Source of the DNA: Akkermansiaceae bacterium
GTDB lineage: Bacteria > Verrucomicrobiota > Verrucomicrobiia > Verrucomicrobiales > Akkermansiaceae
Direction of reading: 5' to 3'
DNA: 64,000 bases
NCBI GenBank assembly: GCA_903888515.1
Contig: CAISTY010000271.1
Location: 1,906-65,905 of the forward strand
The translations under genes were made by a program, and so were the position numbers. The first letter of the stretch is position 1, and every line of letters starts with the position of its first letter. Shown here piece by piece: positions 48,128 through 58,494 of this stretch. The notes under the pieces are model-generated. The model searched no databases and was not told where the DNA came from. It saw only the letters and a program-made list of their open reading frames with translations.

Positions 48128-48213
48128 TGGTGGGCAGAGATGGATTCGAACCATCGTAAGCTTTCGCTAGCAGATTTACAGTCTGCCCCCTTTAGCCACT
48201 CGGGCATCTACCC
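48128..48213 (-). tRNA. trnY: tRNA-Tyr (anticodon GTA), encoded CCA
   Basis: GGGTAGATGCCCGAGTGGCTAAAGGGGGCAGACTGTAAATCTG...GGTTCGAATCC...CCCACCA; long variable arm. Confidence 0.96.
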
Positions 48214-48448
48214 TATCACCAACCCGCTGTGCGCGGGCGGGGATGTATGAGAGGTCACGGATGTTTTGACAAGAGAAAACATCCCCACGGGAAAAAAACA
48301 AAAAACATTCCACCGACATGCGTGGGATACCGACTGATGGCGAGGGTTTTGGATTGGGGATCGGGCGTGGGATCCGCAAGGGTGGTGCGGACATCGCGCA
48401 TGAGGGCGCGTGGTCCATCCTGAGGGCTGCCGAGACATCCCCCCTGAT

Positions 48449-49480
48449 TCAGCGGGCGATGATGCCGCGGAAGCGGAAGTCATCGCCTAACTGGATGAGG
48501 TCGGTTTCCACCAGGCGGAGGGATTCGCGCCAAGTCGGTCCGGCAAGCGCGGGCAAGGTACCGCCGCAAAGACGCGGCGCGAGATAAACGACGACTTCAT
48601 CAACCAGAGCGGCCTCGAACAAGGCGGCGGAAAAGACGCCGCCAGCCTCGGTCATGGCGGTGAGGACGCCTTGTTCGCGGGCGAGAGCGCGCAACGATTG
48701 CGTTAGATCGTGGCGCGGGCGGATCAAGGTGCGCTCACGCCACGCGTCGGTGAACAGGGGCGCGGCCAAGGGCAGGGACTCCGGAGAATCTGAAAACACC
48801 ACCCGCCAAGGCTGCTGCCGTTCTTCCAGCAACTCCGGCAGGCGGATGGTTAGAGCGGGTTGGTCCTGGCGCACGGTTGCGCCGCTGGTGAGGATGGCAT
48901 CCACGGTGGAGCGGAGTTGTTGGACGTCGGCACGGGCGGGTTCGCCGGTGATCCAACGGCTTTCGCCGGGCGGACGGGTGATGCAGCCGTCCAGGCTCAT
49001 CGCGGATTTCCAGATCACCCATGGCAGACCGGTGGTTAGCACTTTGAAATACGGGCGCAACAGGCGCTCCGCCTCGTCCCGACACACCCCGGACGAGACG
49101 GCAATGCCCGCCGCTGCAAGCAGCGAGTCGGCGCGGCCCGCGTGCTCCGGGTGGCGATCCACGCAGGCATAAACGACACGTGCCACTTCGGCATCGATGA
49201 GCGCCCGGGTGCAGGGCGGGGTGCGGCCGCAGGTGGAGCAGGGTTCGAGCGTGACATAAACGGTCGCGCCACGCAGCGCGTCGCAACCGTGTTGTTCGAG
49301 CACGGCTGCTAGCGCCTCGCATTCGGCATGAGGCCGGCCGGCGGCACGATGCCAACCGGTCCCTAACAGAATTCCGTTGTGCACGATCACCGCCCCCACC
49401 GGTGGATTCGGCGCGGTTTTTCCAACGCCCTTGCGTGCTTCTATCAGCGCGAGCTGCATCCAGTGGGTGTCATTGGTCAT
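48449..49480 (-). CDS. ribD: Riboflavin biosynthesis deaminase/reductase
   Basis: PNPPVGAV, HAE, TLEPC...TPPC, KSAMSLDG and EAGG motifs. Confidence 0.95.
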   Translation of the reverse strand: MTNDTHWMQLALIEARKGVGKTAPNPPVGAVIVHNGILLGTGWHRAAGRPHAECEALAAVLEQHGCDALRGATVYVTLEPCSTCGRTPPCTRALIDAEVARVVYACVDRHPEHAGRADSLLAAAGIAVSSGVCRDEAERLLRPYFKVLTTGLPWVIWKSAMSLDGCITRPPGESRWITGEPARADVQQLRSTVDAILTSGATVRQDQPALTIRLPELLEERQQPWRVVFSDSPESLPLAAPLFTDAWRERTLIRPRHDLTQSLRALAREQGVLTAMTEAGGVFSAALFEAALVDEVVVYLAPRLCGGTLPALAGPTWRESLRLVETDLIQLGDDFRFRGIIAR

Positions 49481-49510
49481 TGGTCATGGGTCATTGGTCA
49501 TTGGTCATTG
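49469..49510. repeat. Six GTCATTG heptamers spanning the MscS-family stop and the ribD start
   Basis: Directly visible; TTGGTCA phase matches the STRR2-type heptamer. Confidence 0.9.
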
Positions 49511-51877
49511 TGGCATTGTGGCATTGGTCCACTCGACTTTGATGGGGGAATCGGCGTTGAGGTGTACGGTGCGTTTTGGGAATGGCACCTCGATACCCGT
49601 TTCGGCGAAGCGTTTTTCGATCATCAGGCGCAGATCACTGGTGACGATCATGGCATTGATCGAACCCTTGAGATCGAGCCAGAAATAGAGGTGGAAAATC
49701 AACGCGTTTTCGCCGAAGTCATCGAACACCACAAAGGGCGCGGGCTCCTTGCAGACCAGTCCGTGGCGCCCGGCGGCTTCCGTTAGGATCTCGATCATTT
49801 TTTGCGGAGGGGTGCCGTAGGCCACGCCCACGCGCAGGAAAAGGCGTATTTTGCGGTGGGTGAGCGTCCAGTTGGTCACCCGGTTTTCCAGGAACAATGA
49901 GTTGGGGATCATGGTTTCCACGTCATCGGGGCTGCGGATGATCGACGAGCGAGTGTTGATTTCGGTGACGGTTCCGATGATGCCATCGACGTTGAGCATA
50001 TCGCCGATGCGGACTTTGCGTTCGGCGAGGACGATGATGCCGCTGATGAAATTCTTGATCAGGGTTTGCATGCCGAAGCCGAGGCCGATGGCCAGTGCGC
50101 CGCCAAGGAACGCGAACAGGGTGAGCGGGATATTGAGGAACGACAAGGTGGCGATGGCCAGCAACACCCCGACCAAGATCATCGCCCAGTTGCGCAGGGT
50201 TTTGGCCTGGGCTTCCACGATGTGGCCGCGCGAGACAAGACCTGTTTCGATGCGCCTGGCAATGATGGAGGAGATCCAGTAACCGATGATGAAAAACAAC
50301 AAGGCCCGCAACAAGTCGCCGAGGGTGATCGGGACCTTGCCGGTGATCGTCTGGCCGTCCACCTCCACCTTGGCCTCGCGGGTGCTCACTTCGAAGGACC
50401 AGAATTTTTTCACGGCACCCCAGCTCGCGGCACTGAGCGACGAGATCCGCCGCATCAGTCCATCCTCGTTAGGGTTCGGGGAATATTCGAGGACCCAGCG
50501 TTTGACGAGTTTCCTTTGGGCGTTGACCGCTTGAGAGACGCGCTGGAGCATGGCGTGTTTTTCGCTGGTGCTTGCGCGTTGCTCGTTGAGCAGGCTGAAG
50601 CGGGGATCCTCCGGACTGATAGAAGCCGCCCGCGCCTCGAGTTTGCCGAGGTCGGCGCTGCTGCTGGCCAGTGCATCGTCGAGAACGTTTTCCCATGCCC
50701 AGAGACGCTCCCGGGGAACGCCGAGGGATTCCAGCGTCTTGGTCCGCTGTTGGGGACTGGTGGCCTCGATGAGCGCCTTGCGGTCCTGATAGGCCATGAT
50801 GCCGATGTCTTCCAATTGCAGCAGGCTCTCGAGTCCCTCGGCGAGCGACTGCATGGCCTCAACGCGCCCTTCGGCCACCTCCAACCGGTATTTTGCGAGT
50901 TCCATGCCCGGCGGCTCGACGGGTGCGGGGGGGGGGGACGTCATGGTTGATAGGGCGGCCTGTGCCTGGGTGCGGGCGATCATGGCCGCCTTGAGTCGTT
51001 GGGAAACCTTCTCGATTTCCTTGCGGACGGCCTGCTTGCGTGCAGCGGAAACCTTGCCAATCTTTGTCAGATCATCGTTGTTGAAACGAGCGTTGGCCTT
51101 GGCGGTTTTTATCTGGCGATCGAGCAGCGTGAGATGGGTTTTGGCGGCTGCGATGCGATCAATCAGGCTTTCGCAACTGGTCTGGATGAAGCCGGCACGC
51201 ACGGCTAACAGGCGGGATCTGGCGCGGGCCGCCTCGAGGCGCCACTTGGCCGCGTCGCGAGTGGTAGCGTCGGCATTTTGCAGTGTGACGATGGAATTGC
51301 TCATCGCGTCTTCAGCGGCTTTGGTGTCGTCCACGGTGGTGGCGATGTGGCGTTGGTAATTCGACAGCGAGGATTCGAAGGAATCGAGGTTGGCTTGGAC
51401 CGCGTCGCGCTCGTTGAGCAGGTCGTCGACCATCAGGAGCGAGTAGGGGGGGGGGTCCTTGAACCCCTGCCATGCGGCGGCCTCGGCACGGGAGGTCTCC
51501 AGGTCTTTGCGGGCATCCGCGACGGAGTTGAAATTCTTGAGTGACCGCGCAATTGTTAGAATCGTTTGTTCCAGATCGCGGCGGCGGTCATCGAGTTCCC
51601 CCGTGCTGATTCCCCCGGGCAGGGTGGTGGCGGCATCGGCGGCCTCCAAGCGCGCGCGGGTATCGCGGGCATCCCGCAACCATTGTTCGAGTCTGGTGCG
51701 GGACTCGTCGGGTTGATCGGCAGCGGAAAAAGCGGCAGGCCGGGAGGATGTTAGAGGCTGCACCATCTCTTTCAAGGCCGCGGTCTGAGCCGGTGCGGGG
51801 TGGGGGAAACCAGCCGCCAGAATGCAGGTGATCGGCAGGCACCGGCGCATGGTGGATTTCCAGCGGGAGGAATTCAT
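49505..51877 (-). CDS. Large MscS-family mechanosensitive channel (MscK-like coiled-coil N-terminus)
   Basis: AIGLGFGMQTLIKNFISG, TMIPN, NWT, VGVAYG and IEVPFP motifs. Confidence 0.88.
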   Translation of the reverse strand: MNSSRWKSTMRRCLPITCILAAGFPHPAPAQTAALKEMVQPLTSSRPAAFSAADQPDESRTRLEQWLRDARDTRARLEAADAATTLPGGISTGELDDRRRDLEQTILTIARSLKNFNSVADARKDLETSRAEAAAWQGFKDPPPYSLLMVDDLLNERDAVQANLDSFESSLSNYQRHIATTVDDTKAAEDAMSNSIVTLQNADATTRDAAKWRLEAARARSRLLAVRAGFIQTSCESLIDRIAAAKTHLTLLDRQIKTAKANARFNNDDLTKIGKVSAARKQAVRKEIEKVSQRLKAAMIARTQAQAALSTMTSPPPAPVEPPGMELAKYRLEVAEGRVEAMQSLAEGLESLLQLEDIGIMAYQDRKALIEATSPQQRTKTLESLGVPRERLWAWENVLDDALASSSADLGKLEARAASISPEDPRFSLLNEQRASTSEKHAMLQRVSQAVNAQRKLVKRWVLEYSPNPNEDGLMRRISSLSAASWGAVKKFWSFEVSTREAKVEVDGQTITGKVPITLGDLLRALLFFIIGYWISSIIARRIETGLVSRGHIVEAQAKTLRNWAMILVGVLLAIATLSFLNIPLTLFAFLGGALAIGLGFGMQTLIKNFISGIIVLAERKVRIGDMLNVDGIIGTVTEINTRSSIIRSPDDVETMIPNSLFLENRVTNWTLTHRKIRLFLRVGVAYGTPPQKMIEILTEAAGRHGLVCKEPAPFVVFDDFGENALIFHLYFWLDLKGSINAMIVTSDLRLMIEKRFAETGIEVPFPKRTVHLNADSPIKVEWTNATMPQ

Positions 51878-51930
51878 GCCGTGAGAATCATCCGTAAACG
51901 TCGGGGCATCAAGCGGGAAGACGAGGAGCC

Positions 51931-53034
51931 TCAGAGATCACCGCGTTCATCCCGTTCGAGTTGGATGCGGTCATTGAGATTCCGTGCTTTGACGCGGCGA
52001 TTGCGTTTGGCCCAGCGTTCGACGGCAATCTGGCGTTTGTCCGCACGTTTTTTCAGTGCGGCGATTTCATGTTCAAGGTTGAGGAAATGTTCGTGACGGG
52101 CGGCATCCAAGGCACCGCTCTCAACCGCCGCACGGATCGCACAACCCGCATCGTTGCGGTGGCCGCAATTCGCATACTTGCAACTCGCGGCAATCGCCTC
52201 CACGTCGGAAAAACTCTCGCGCAGCGTGGTTTCATCAGTCCACATCTGGATTTCCCGCATGCCGGGATTGTCGATGAGCATGCCGCCGCCAGGCAGCGGG
52301 ACGAGTTCGCGCGAAGCCGTGGTGTGACGTCCCTTGCCGGTGGTTTCGTTGACTTCGCCGGTCCACTGCCACTCCTCACCATGCAGTTGATTGACGAGGG
52401 TGGATTTGCCCACTCCGCTGGAGCCCACGATGCACATGGTGACACCCTTTTTGAGATGCTTCCGCAGGATTGGCAGACCATCGCCCTTGAGCGCACTGGT
52501 GACATGGACTGTGGCACCGTCCCACAGTGCGGCAATCCGCGCGGCGGCCTGGCGGTTTTGCGTGGCGGGATAGAGGTCGGATTTGTTGAGCAGGACCACG
52601 GCTTTGGCTCCGCTGCGCTCGATGAGCAGGAAGTAGCGTTCCATCCGGCGCAGGTTGAAATCCGGGCCGGCCTCGGTCACCACGGCGACGATGTCGATGT
52701 TCGCGCCGATCACTTGGGCCTGCGAACTGTTGCCGGGCATTTTGCGGGAAAAGCACGACTTGCGGGGCAACCTCGCACGGATCACATGGTCTTGGTTTTC
52801 GTGGCCGGGTTCCACGGCCACCCAATCGCCCACGGCCGGCAGGTCCGCATCACAAGTGGCCTCGTGCCAAACGCGGCCGCACAGCACGACGTCGATTTCC
52901 TCACCATCCCCGAGGAAGGCTCCAAAGTTGATAGGCGACTCGCGGATCAGGCGTGCGGGCACCCAGCCTTTCGCGCGGTAGGGCGCGAAGGCGGTTTCAA
53001 AATCCGGATTCCAGCCGAGATCCCGCAAGGTCAT
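51931..53034 (-). CDS. rsgA: Ribosome small subunit-dependent GTPase A
   Basis: NKSD, GSSGVGKSTL, GRHTT, IDNPGMRE and the C..C.H..D.GC zinc knuckle. Confidence 0.93.
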   Translation of the reverse strand: MTLRDLGWNPDFETAFAPYRAKGWVPARLIRESPINFGAFLGDGEEIDVVLCGRVWHEATCDADLPAVGDWVAVEPGHENQDHVIRARLPRKSCFSRKMPGNSSQAQVIGANIDIVAVVTEAGPDFNLRRMERYFLLIERSGAKAVVLLNKSDLYPATQNRQAAARIAALWDGATVHVTSALKGDGLPILRKHLKKGVTMCIVGSSGVGKSTLVNQLHGEEWQWTGEVNETTGKGRHTTASRELVPLPGGGMLIDNPGMREIQMWTDETTLRESFSDVEAIAASCKYANCGHRNDAGCAIRAAVESGALDAARHEHFLNLEHEIAALKKRADKRQIAVERWAKRNRRVKARNLNDRIQLERDERGDL

Positions 53035-53175
53035 CCGCCGCACAACCTAGCGCATGATGCGCGGCTGTCGATATCCGGGTTTCTCATGACCAGCAAAGCC
53101 GCAAAAGATTTTTGATAAAAGGAGTCTCCCGTGATCATTGGTGTACGGCAAGGTGGACATTGGTCCCATGGCGGA

Positions 53176-55440
53176 TCACCGATGTTTGAGCACCACCGGT
53201 GTGGCACAGAGAAACCCCTCGATCCGCAGATTTCCCGCATCGTCAACCCGCACCGTCACACCCCCCGATTCCGCTTGATCGACCACTTGGATAGAGCGGG
53301 ATTTCCAATAATCGACCGTGCCCGGATCCAGCTTTTCCTCGACGGGAAACGGTGCATTCGAGGCCAAGATCGCCTGCGGATTGACGGCATTGAGAAACGC
53401 ATCGCACAGTGTGAGATCCGTGCGGTGACGGCCGGCGATGATCAGATCTGCTGATAGATCCAAGCCGGCATCGAGCAATTTCCTCTCCGTTCCCATGCCG
53501 GCGTCACTTGTTAGAAGAAGTTTCCAGCCGCGCCAATGGAGGCGGAACACGGCCACTCTGTCGTCCGCCAGCGCATTCACGGCCAGTGGATCCGGGGCGT
53601 GGAGAATTTCCAGAGAAGCGCCGTCTGGAAACGCGTGCCAGCCGGGCACCGCCACCTGGCCAATCCGAATGCCCGCCTTGGGAGCGTTCTCCATCCATGC
53701 CCGGAACGAAGGACTGCGCGAGAGTTGGACGGGCACTAACACCTGACGGATAGGGAATGCCTGCCAGACCGCCGCCGCCCCGCCAAGATGTCCGCCATCC
53801 GGATGGCTCAACACCACCGAATCCGGTTCAATCCCAAGTTGCCGCAAGGATGGCATCACACAGCGCCTGAAACTGTGGCGGTCCCCGCAATCGATGAGCA
53901 CCGCGCCGTTAGAACCTCCGGAAAAACAGGCCGCCGCCGCACCGTGGCCGAGGTCATACACCAGCAATACCGGCCGGGATTCCCGCCCCACATGAATATG
54001 GCCATTCGGAATCGCCGCGAAAAATTCCGCCGATACCACGCTGGCATTGGCCACCATTCCATTCAGGCGGTTGACCGTGCGCGCGACCGGTGGTGCTACG
54101 GGCGACAGCGCGACGGCCATCAAACCCGCGACGAGCAACACAAACACCAAGGGGACTAACACCAGATTGGCCAGCACCGAAACCGGAGTCACCAAACCAA
54201 AATGAAACGCCGTGAGAGGTGCCGACCCGACTCCTGCGGCGAGCGAAACACCCAGGGATTGGGCAACGCCTCTGCGCCGCTTCAGCCAAAACGACTGCCA
54301 TCGGGGTATCATCTGCGCCGGCAGGTAAAGTTCCGGCACGGTCATCCATTTGAACGCCTTGGAAGTCCATGCCGTTCCTACGGCGATGGCCGCCACCACC
54401 CCGTAGGAAAGTTGCACGCCAGGCTGAAACAACATCCGCCCGTCCCACAGCATCGCTCCTAACAAAACAGCGCCCAGTGCGTTTAACAGATCGGGCGGAC
54501 GGCGGAACACAAAGGCCCCCAGAAACACCGCCGCCATCCAAGCGGAGCGCACGGCGGGAGCGCTGTTGCCGGTGATCCACGAATAGCCGAACACCAAGGG
54601 CAGCAGGACAAGGACCGCCCGCCGCCGCGGCACGCCCGCCCAACTCAATAACAGCCATCCGATGCTTCCCACCATCGCCACATGCAGGCCGCTAACCGAA
54701 AACACATGCAATGTCCCGCTGTTGCGGAATGCCGCAATCAATGCGTCCGCGTCCGGCGGGGTCTCCCCGATCACCACCGCCCGGATGACATTGGCTTCCT
54801 GCGAATCTTCTAACAGTCCTGTAGTCACCCGGTCACGGAAACCATGGCGGATCCGCGCTCCCAGCACTGCCAGGCGCCCGGTTTCCAGCGTGTCCCCCCA
54901 ATCCGTGCGAAACACCGCCGCCATTCCCTGCCTCCTCAGCCATGCGGCCCGGTCAAACTCCCCCCGGTTCCGCGGTTCGGGCAGCGGGCCGAAGTTGCCC
55001 CGGCCCGTCACTACCGCCCCCGCCACGGGAGCTTCACCCCGGCCTTCCCACAAGACTTTCGCGCCCGCCCGCCCGCCCGCCAGCAATCTGGCAGGCGCAA
55101 CCCAATAACGGCCACCGCCCTGCGCGTCCTTCAGCACCCGCGCCCGCACCCATCCACCCGGCGCGGCTAACAATTCGCGCTCCGCCGCTTTTCCCGAGCC
55201 ATCCCGCCAGGTGTAATTCGCGACTGCCACCCAGCCGCAAAGCAGCCACGCCAAACCATGCCGCCGACCCGCAAAATAAACGCCCGCCGCACCTGATACA
55301 AGCCCCGCTAACAGACCCCGCGCGGGGTGTGCGTCCGCCACCGCTACACAGAGCGCAGTCATCAACGCCGTGACGAACAGCGGATGACGCCCGCAAAAGA
55401 GCTTCAAGCGCCCGCGCAGGTCGGATTCGATTTTCCGCAT
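53176..55440 (-). CDS. comEC: ComEC/Rec2 competence protein with a metallo-beta-lactamase domain
   Basis: HVFSVSGLHV, SAPAVRS, FQPGVQLSY, YDLGHG and SHPDGGH motifs. Confidence 0.9.
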   Translation of the reverse strand: MRKIESDLRGRLKLFCGRHPLFVTALMTALCVAVADAHPARGLLAGLVSGAAGVYFAGRRHGLAWLLCGWVAVANYTWRDGSGKAAERELLAAPGGWVRARVLKDAQGGGRYWVAPARLLAGGRAGAKVLWEGRGEAPVAGAVVTGRGNFGPLPEPRNRGEFDRAAWLRRQGMAAVFRTDWGDTLETGRLAVLGARIRHGFRDRVTTGLLEDSQEANVIRAVVIGETPPDADALIAAFRNSGTLHVFSVSGLHVAMVGSIGWLLLSWAGVPRRRAVLVLLPLVFGYSWITGNSAPAVRSAWMAAVFLGAFVFRRPPDLLNALGAVLLGAMLWDGRMLFQPGVQLSYGVVAAIAVGTAWTSKAFKWMTVPELYLPAQMIPRWQSFWLKRRRGVAQSLGVSLAAGVGSAPLTAFHFGLVTPVSVLANLVLVPLVFVLLVAGLMAVALSPVAPPVARTVNRLNGMVANASVVSAEFFAAIPNGHIHVGRESRPVLLVYDLGHGAAAACFSGGSNGAVLIDCGDRHSFRRCVMPSLRQLGIEPDSVVLSHPDGGHLGGAAAVWQAFPIRQVLVPVQLSRSPSFRAWMENAPKAGIRIGQVAVPGWHAFPDGASLEILHAPDPLAVNALADDRVAVFRLHWRGWKLLLTSDAGMGTERKLLDAGLDLSADLIIAGRHRTDLTLCDAFLNAVNPQAILASNAPFPVEEKLDPGTVDYWKSRSIQVVDQAESGGVTVRVDDAGNLRIEGFLCATPVVLKHR

Positions 55441-55459
55441 GACCGTGGTTCCTTGCGCC

Positions 55460-56197
55460 TCACACGGTGGCGCCCGGACGTTGCACCGTCGGCCCTTCCA
55501 CTTTCCCGGCACCTTCCATACTCCAAGCGTGCAGCTTGTGGGTGGCATTGGCAGAGTGGCGCGTCCCCGGGAACTCGGCAATCACCTGCTGCATGATGCC
55601 TATCGCTGCGGCACGGTTATGATAGACCTCGTCATACAACTCCGCCAGACGGAACAGAAAATAGGCCGCGTCACTGATCTCCCACTCCTGACTCTCCAGA
55701 GCGTAACGGATCGTCTGGACGGCCGCCGCCGGGTCATCCAGATGATCCTTGTAAATTTTCGTGATTTCCACCCATGGCAGGCGGTTCAAAGGATCGGCGG
55801 CGGCGGCCTGCCGGAAGGCCTCAATCGCTCCCTGGTAGTCCCCTTGTGCCAGCAGTGAGCGGGCGTCGTGCATGACGTCACGCTCCAACATCTCCGCGCT
55901 GTCATAAACCGCATGCGTCAGCCGCTGGGCAAAAGAGGGCAGGATTTGCAACACAAAGACCAGCCCGACCAAGCTCGCGCTAAACAACGCGAGCAGGATG
56001 CCGTTGAAGGTTCGCTGACCTTCGAGTGTTTGGATCGTTCCCTCCAACTTGGGAATTTTTCCATCGGGATCTCCCTGTTCATGATATTCCGCCACCTGTG
56101 CATGTATCGCATTGATCTCTCTGCCCGATTTGAAAAACAACATCCAACTCCCTCCCATGAGAATCACCAGCGCCGCATACATCAGCCATTTCTTCAC
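55460..56197 (-). CDS. Membrane-anchored TPR protein
   Basis: Two hydrophobic segments, then TPR-like helices (GDYQGAIEAFRQA, AYFLFRLAELY); start codon uncertain. Confidence 0.65.
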   Translation of the reverse strand: MKKWLMYAALVILMGGSWMLFFKSGREINAIHAQVAEYHEQGDPDGKIPKLEGTIQTLEGQRTFNGILLALFSASLVGLVFVLQILPSFAQRLTHAVYDSAEMLERDVMHDARSLLAQGDYQGAIEAFRQAAAADPLNRLPWVEITKIYKDHLDDPAAAVQTIRYALESQEWEISDAAYFLFRLAELYDEVYHNRAAAIGIMQQVIAEFPGTRHSANATHKLHAWSMEGAGKVEGPTVQRPGATV

Positions 56198-56284
56198 TCG
56201 CGGAGTATAAGCCCATCCGGACCTCGCCGAAAGCAAAAACTGCCGGATTCTTCCGCGCAGGTTTGACCCTGCCATCGTGGCGGT

Positions 56285-56647
56285 TCACAGGCGGCGCGCG
56301 TTGCGTCCCTCGTCGATGAGCTTCCAGAAGTGCTTGGACCGTGCCAGCGCCTCATCCTCCGCCAGCGGCATCTTCGCGCGGAACAGGAAATCGGAAAACG
56401 TGCCCTTGTGCAAAACCCGGTGCACAATCACCGCGTCTTCTTTGACCTCGAAGTAAAACCGGTAATCCTTCGCCCGGTAACGGTATAAGACCCGCCCGTC
56501 ACGTTCGATTTTCCCGAAACGCTCACCGCTCAGATGGTCAAGATCCTCCTTGCCGACCTTGAATTCCTCAATCAAGTCGATCTGCTCAAGCGTGTCGAGA
56601 CGCGATAGTTCGGCCGCACTGATTTCGTTGAAAACAATCTGGAACAC
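56285..56647 (-). CDS. RelE/ParE-fold-like small protein
   Basis: LYRYRAKDYRFYF...IVHRVLHK; no adjacent antitoxin. Confidence 0.5.
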   Translation of the reverse strand: MFQIVFNEISAAELSRLDTLEQIDLIEEFKVGKEDLDHLSGERFGKIERDGRVLYRYRAKDYRFYFEVKEDAVIVHRVLHKGTFSDFLFRAKMPLAEDEALARSKHFWKLIDEGRNARRL

Positions 56648-56836
56648 CCGGACAGAGTAGATCGCCGGACGCTAACATCCAGCGCATTCTTCCACGGCTT
56701 GAGCGCACCCGCGGAATGTTCGCGCCCGGCGCGATTGCCGGTTGTGATTTCCATGCGGGTTCTGCATGATGGACCCAACGCGCGGGGACATTCGCGGCCG
56801 CTGCGCGGAAACTTGAGCCACATTCATAGTTCTGCC

Positions 56837-58195
56837 ATGCGCCTCGCCGTCCTCAATATCGTCGGCCTATCGGAATCCCTGTTAGGTCCCCATCTGCCGG
56901 AACTCGCAGCCTTCGCCGCACAACACGGCCAACAAGCCTATAATCCCGCGTTTCCCGCCGTCACCTGCACCGCGCAGTCGTCGCTCACCACCGGCACCTC
57001 GCCCGCGCGCCACGGCATCGTCGCCAACGGCTGGTATGACCGCGAATCCGCCGAAGTGCGATTTTGGAAACAAAGCAACCATCTGGTGCGCGGGGAAAAA
57101 CTCTGGGACAAGCTGCGGCGCGCAGTTCCCGGCTTCACCTGTGCCAAGCTGTTCTGGTGGTATAACATGCATGCCACGGCGGATTTCTCCATCACCCCGC
57201 GCCCGCTCTATCCGGCGGACGGGCGCAAGGTGTTCGACATTCACACCCAGCCGATGCTGCTGCGCGACCACTTGAAGCACGATCTCGGGGATTTCCCGTT
57301 CCGCGCGTTCTGGGGACCGGCGGCGGGCATCGCATCGTCCGCCTGGATCGCCGCCTCCGCAAAATGGATCGAGGATCATCACTCGCCCACGCTCAGCCTC
57401 GTCTATCTGCCGCACCTCGATTACCCGTTGCAAAAAGACGGCCCGCGCGCTCCCAACATCCCGGACGAATTGGCGAAAATCGACCGCGTGGCCGGCGATC
57501 TCATCAGGTATTACGAGTCACGTGGAGTCCGCGTGCTGGTGCTTTCCGAATATGGCATCTCCCCGGTCACCCACCCCGTCCACCTCAACCGGTTGTTCCG
57601 CGCCAACGGCTGGCTGCTCCTCAAGAACGAACTCGGCCGCGAGACTCTCGATTGCGGCGGCTCCCGCGCCTTCGCCATCGCCGATCACCAGGTCGCCCAT
57701 GTGTATGTCAACGACCTCTCGATCCGGGATGAAGTCCACGCCATGTTGAAAAAAACGCCGGGCGTCGATGAGGTCCGCGTCCCGCAGGCAACGTGGGGAC
57801 CCGGCATCGCCACCGAACGCGCCGGGGATTTCATCGCCATCGCCGCGCCGGACGCTTGGTTCACTTATTACTTCTGGGACAACGACGCGCTCGCGCCGGA
57901 TTATGCCCGCACCATCGATATCCATCGCAAACCCGGCTACGACCCGTGCGAACTTTTCATCGATCCCGCACTCAGGTTCCCAAAACTGACAATCGCGAAG
58001 TTCCTCATCAGGAACAAGTTCGGCCTGCGCGGGCTGTTGGAAATCATCCCGCTGGACGCCACCCTGGTCAAAGGCTCGCACGGCCGCGACCGGGTGCCCG
58101 CCAACGAACGCCCGGTTTTGTTGGGAACGCGGTTTCCCGTGGCCTCCCCGGAGGACGTGCATCACGCGATCCTCGACGCAGTGCTGGCATGTTAG
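56837..58195 (+). CDS. Alkaline phosphatase/nucleotide pyrophosphatase family protein (EboF-like)
   Basis: PAVTCTAQS, LVYLPHLDY, LSEYG, HRKPGYDPCELF and KGSHG motifs. Confidence 0.85.
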   Translation: MRLAVLNIVGLSESLLGPHLPELAAFAAQHGQQAYNPAFPAVTCTAQSSLTTGTSPARHGIVANGWYDRESAEVRFWKQSNHLVRGEKLWDKLRRAVPGFTCAKLFWWYNMHATADFSITPRPLYPADGRKVFDIHTQPMLLRDHLKHDLGDFPFRAFWGPAAGIASSAWIAASAKWIEDHHSPTLSLVYLPHLDYPLQKDGPRAPNIPDELAKIDRVAGDLIRYYESRGVRVLVLSEYGISPVTHPVHLNRLFRANGWLLLKNELGRETLDCGGSRAFAIADHQVAHVYVNDLSIRDEVHAMLKKTPGVDEVRVPQATWGPGIATERAGDFIAIAAPDAWFTYYFWDNDALAPDYARTIDIHRKPGYDPCELFIDPALRFPKLTIAKFLIRNKFGLRGLLEIIPLDATLVKGSHGRDRVPANERPVLLGTRFPVASPEDVHHAILDAVLAC

Positions 58196-58359
58196 ACCGC
58201 ATGCGCCGGACTATCGCGGTTGCACATCCGAAACCGGAATTGCACCACCACACCCCCGCTGCCCGCGACATCCTGGTGTCCAAGTGATGTTAGATGATGC
58301 CGCGGCCGTCCCTACGTGGTGGCCGATGCCTAACGAGAACTTTTTGGGCGTTGCGGGTG

Positions 58360-58485
58360 TCGGAAGTTGGTCCCCTGTTTCTCAAGGATGGCGAGCCTCT
58401 GCATGTGCGCGTTTTGATTGACCGAAGCGTCATGGAAGTCTTTGCCAATGGCCGCCAATGCTTGACGCTGCGGGCTTATTCCTGA
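58360..58485 (+). pseudogene. GH32 C-terminal stub
   Basis: PLFLKDGEPLHVRVLIDRSVMEVFANGRQCLT*. Confidence 0.65.
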
Positions 58486-58494
58486 CAGCCTGCG

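Noticed and set aside
48100-48213. attL/attR pair and integrase
   Set aside because: I found no second copy of the tRNA 3' end and no integrase within the window.
56285-56647. Toxin-antitoxin module
   Set aside because: RelE-like call is weak, no antitoxin ORF is adjacent, and the flanks are ordinary core genes.
56837-58195. ebo gene cluster
   Set aside because: Only the EboF-like phosphodiesterase is present; no other ebo genes are nearby.
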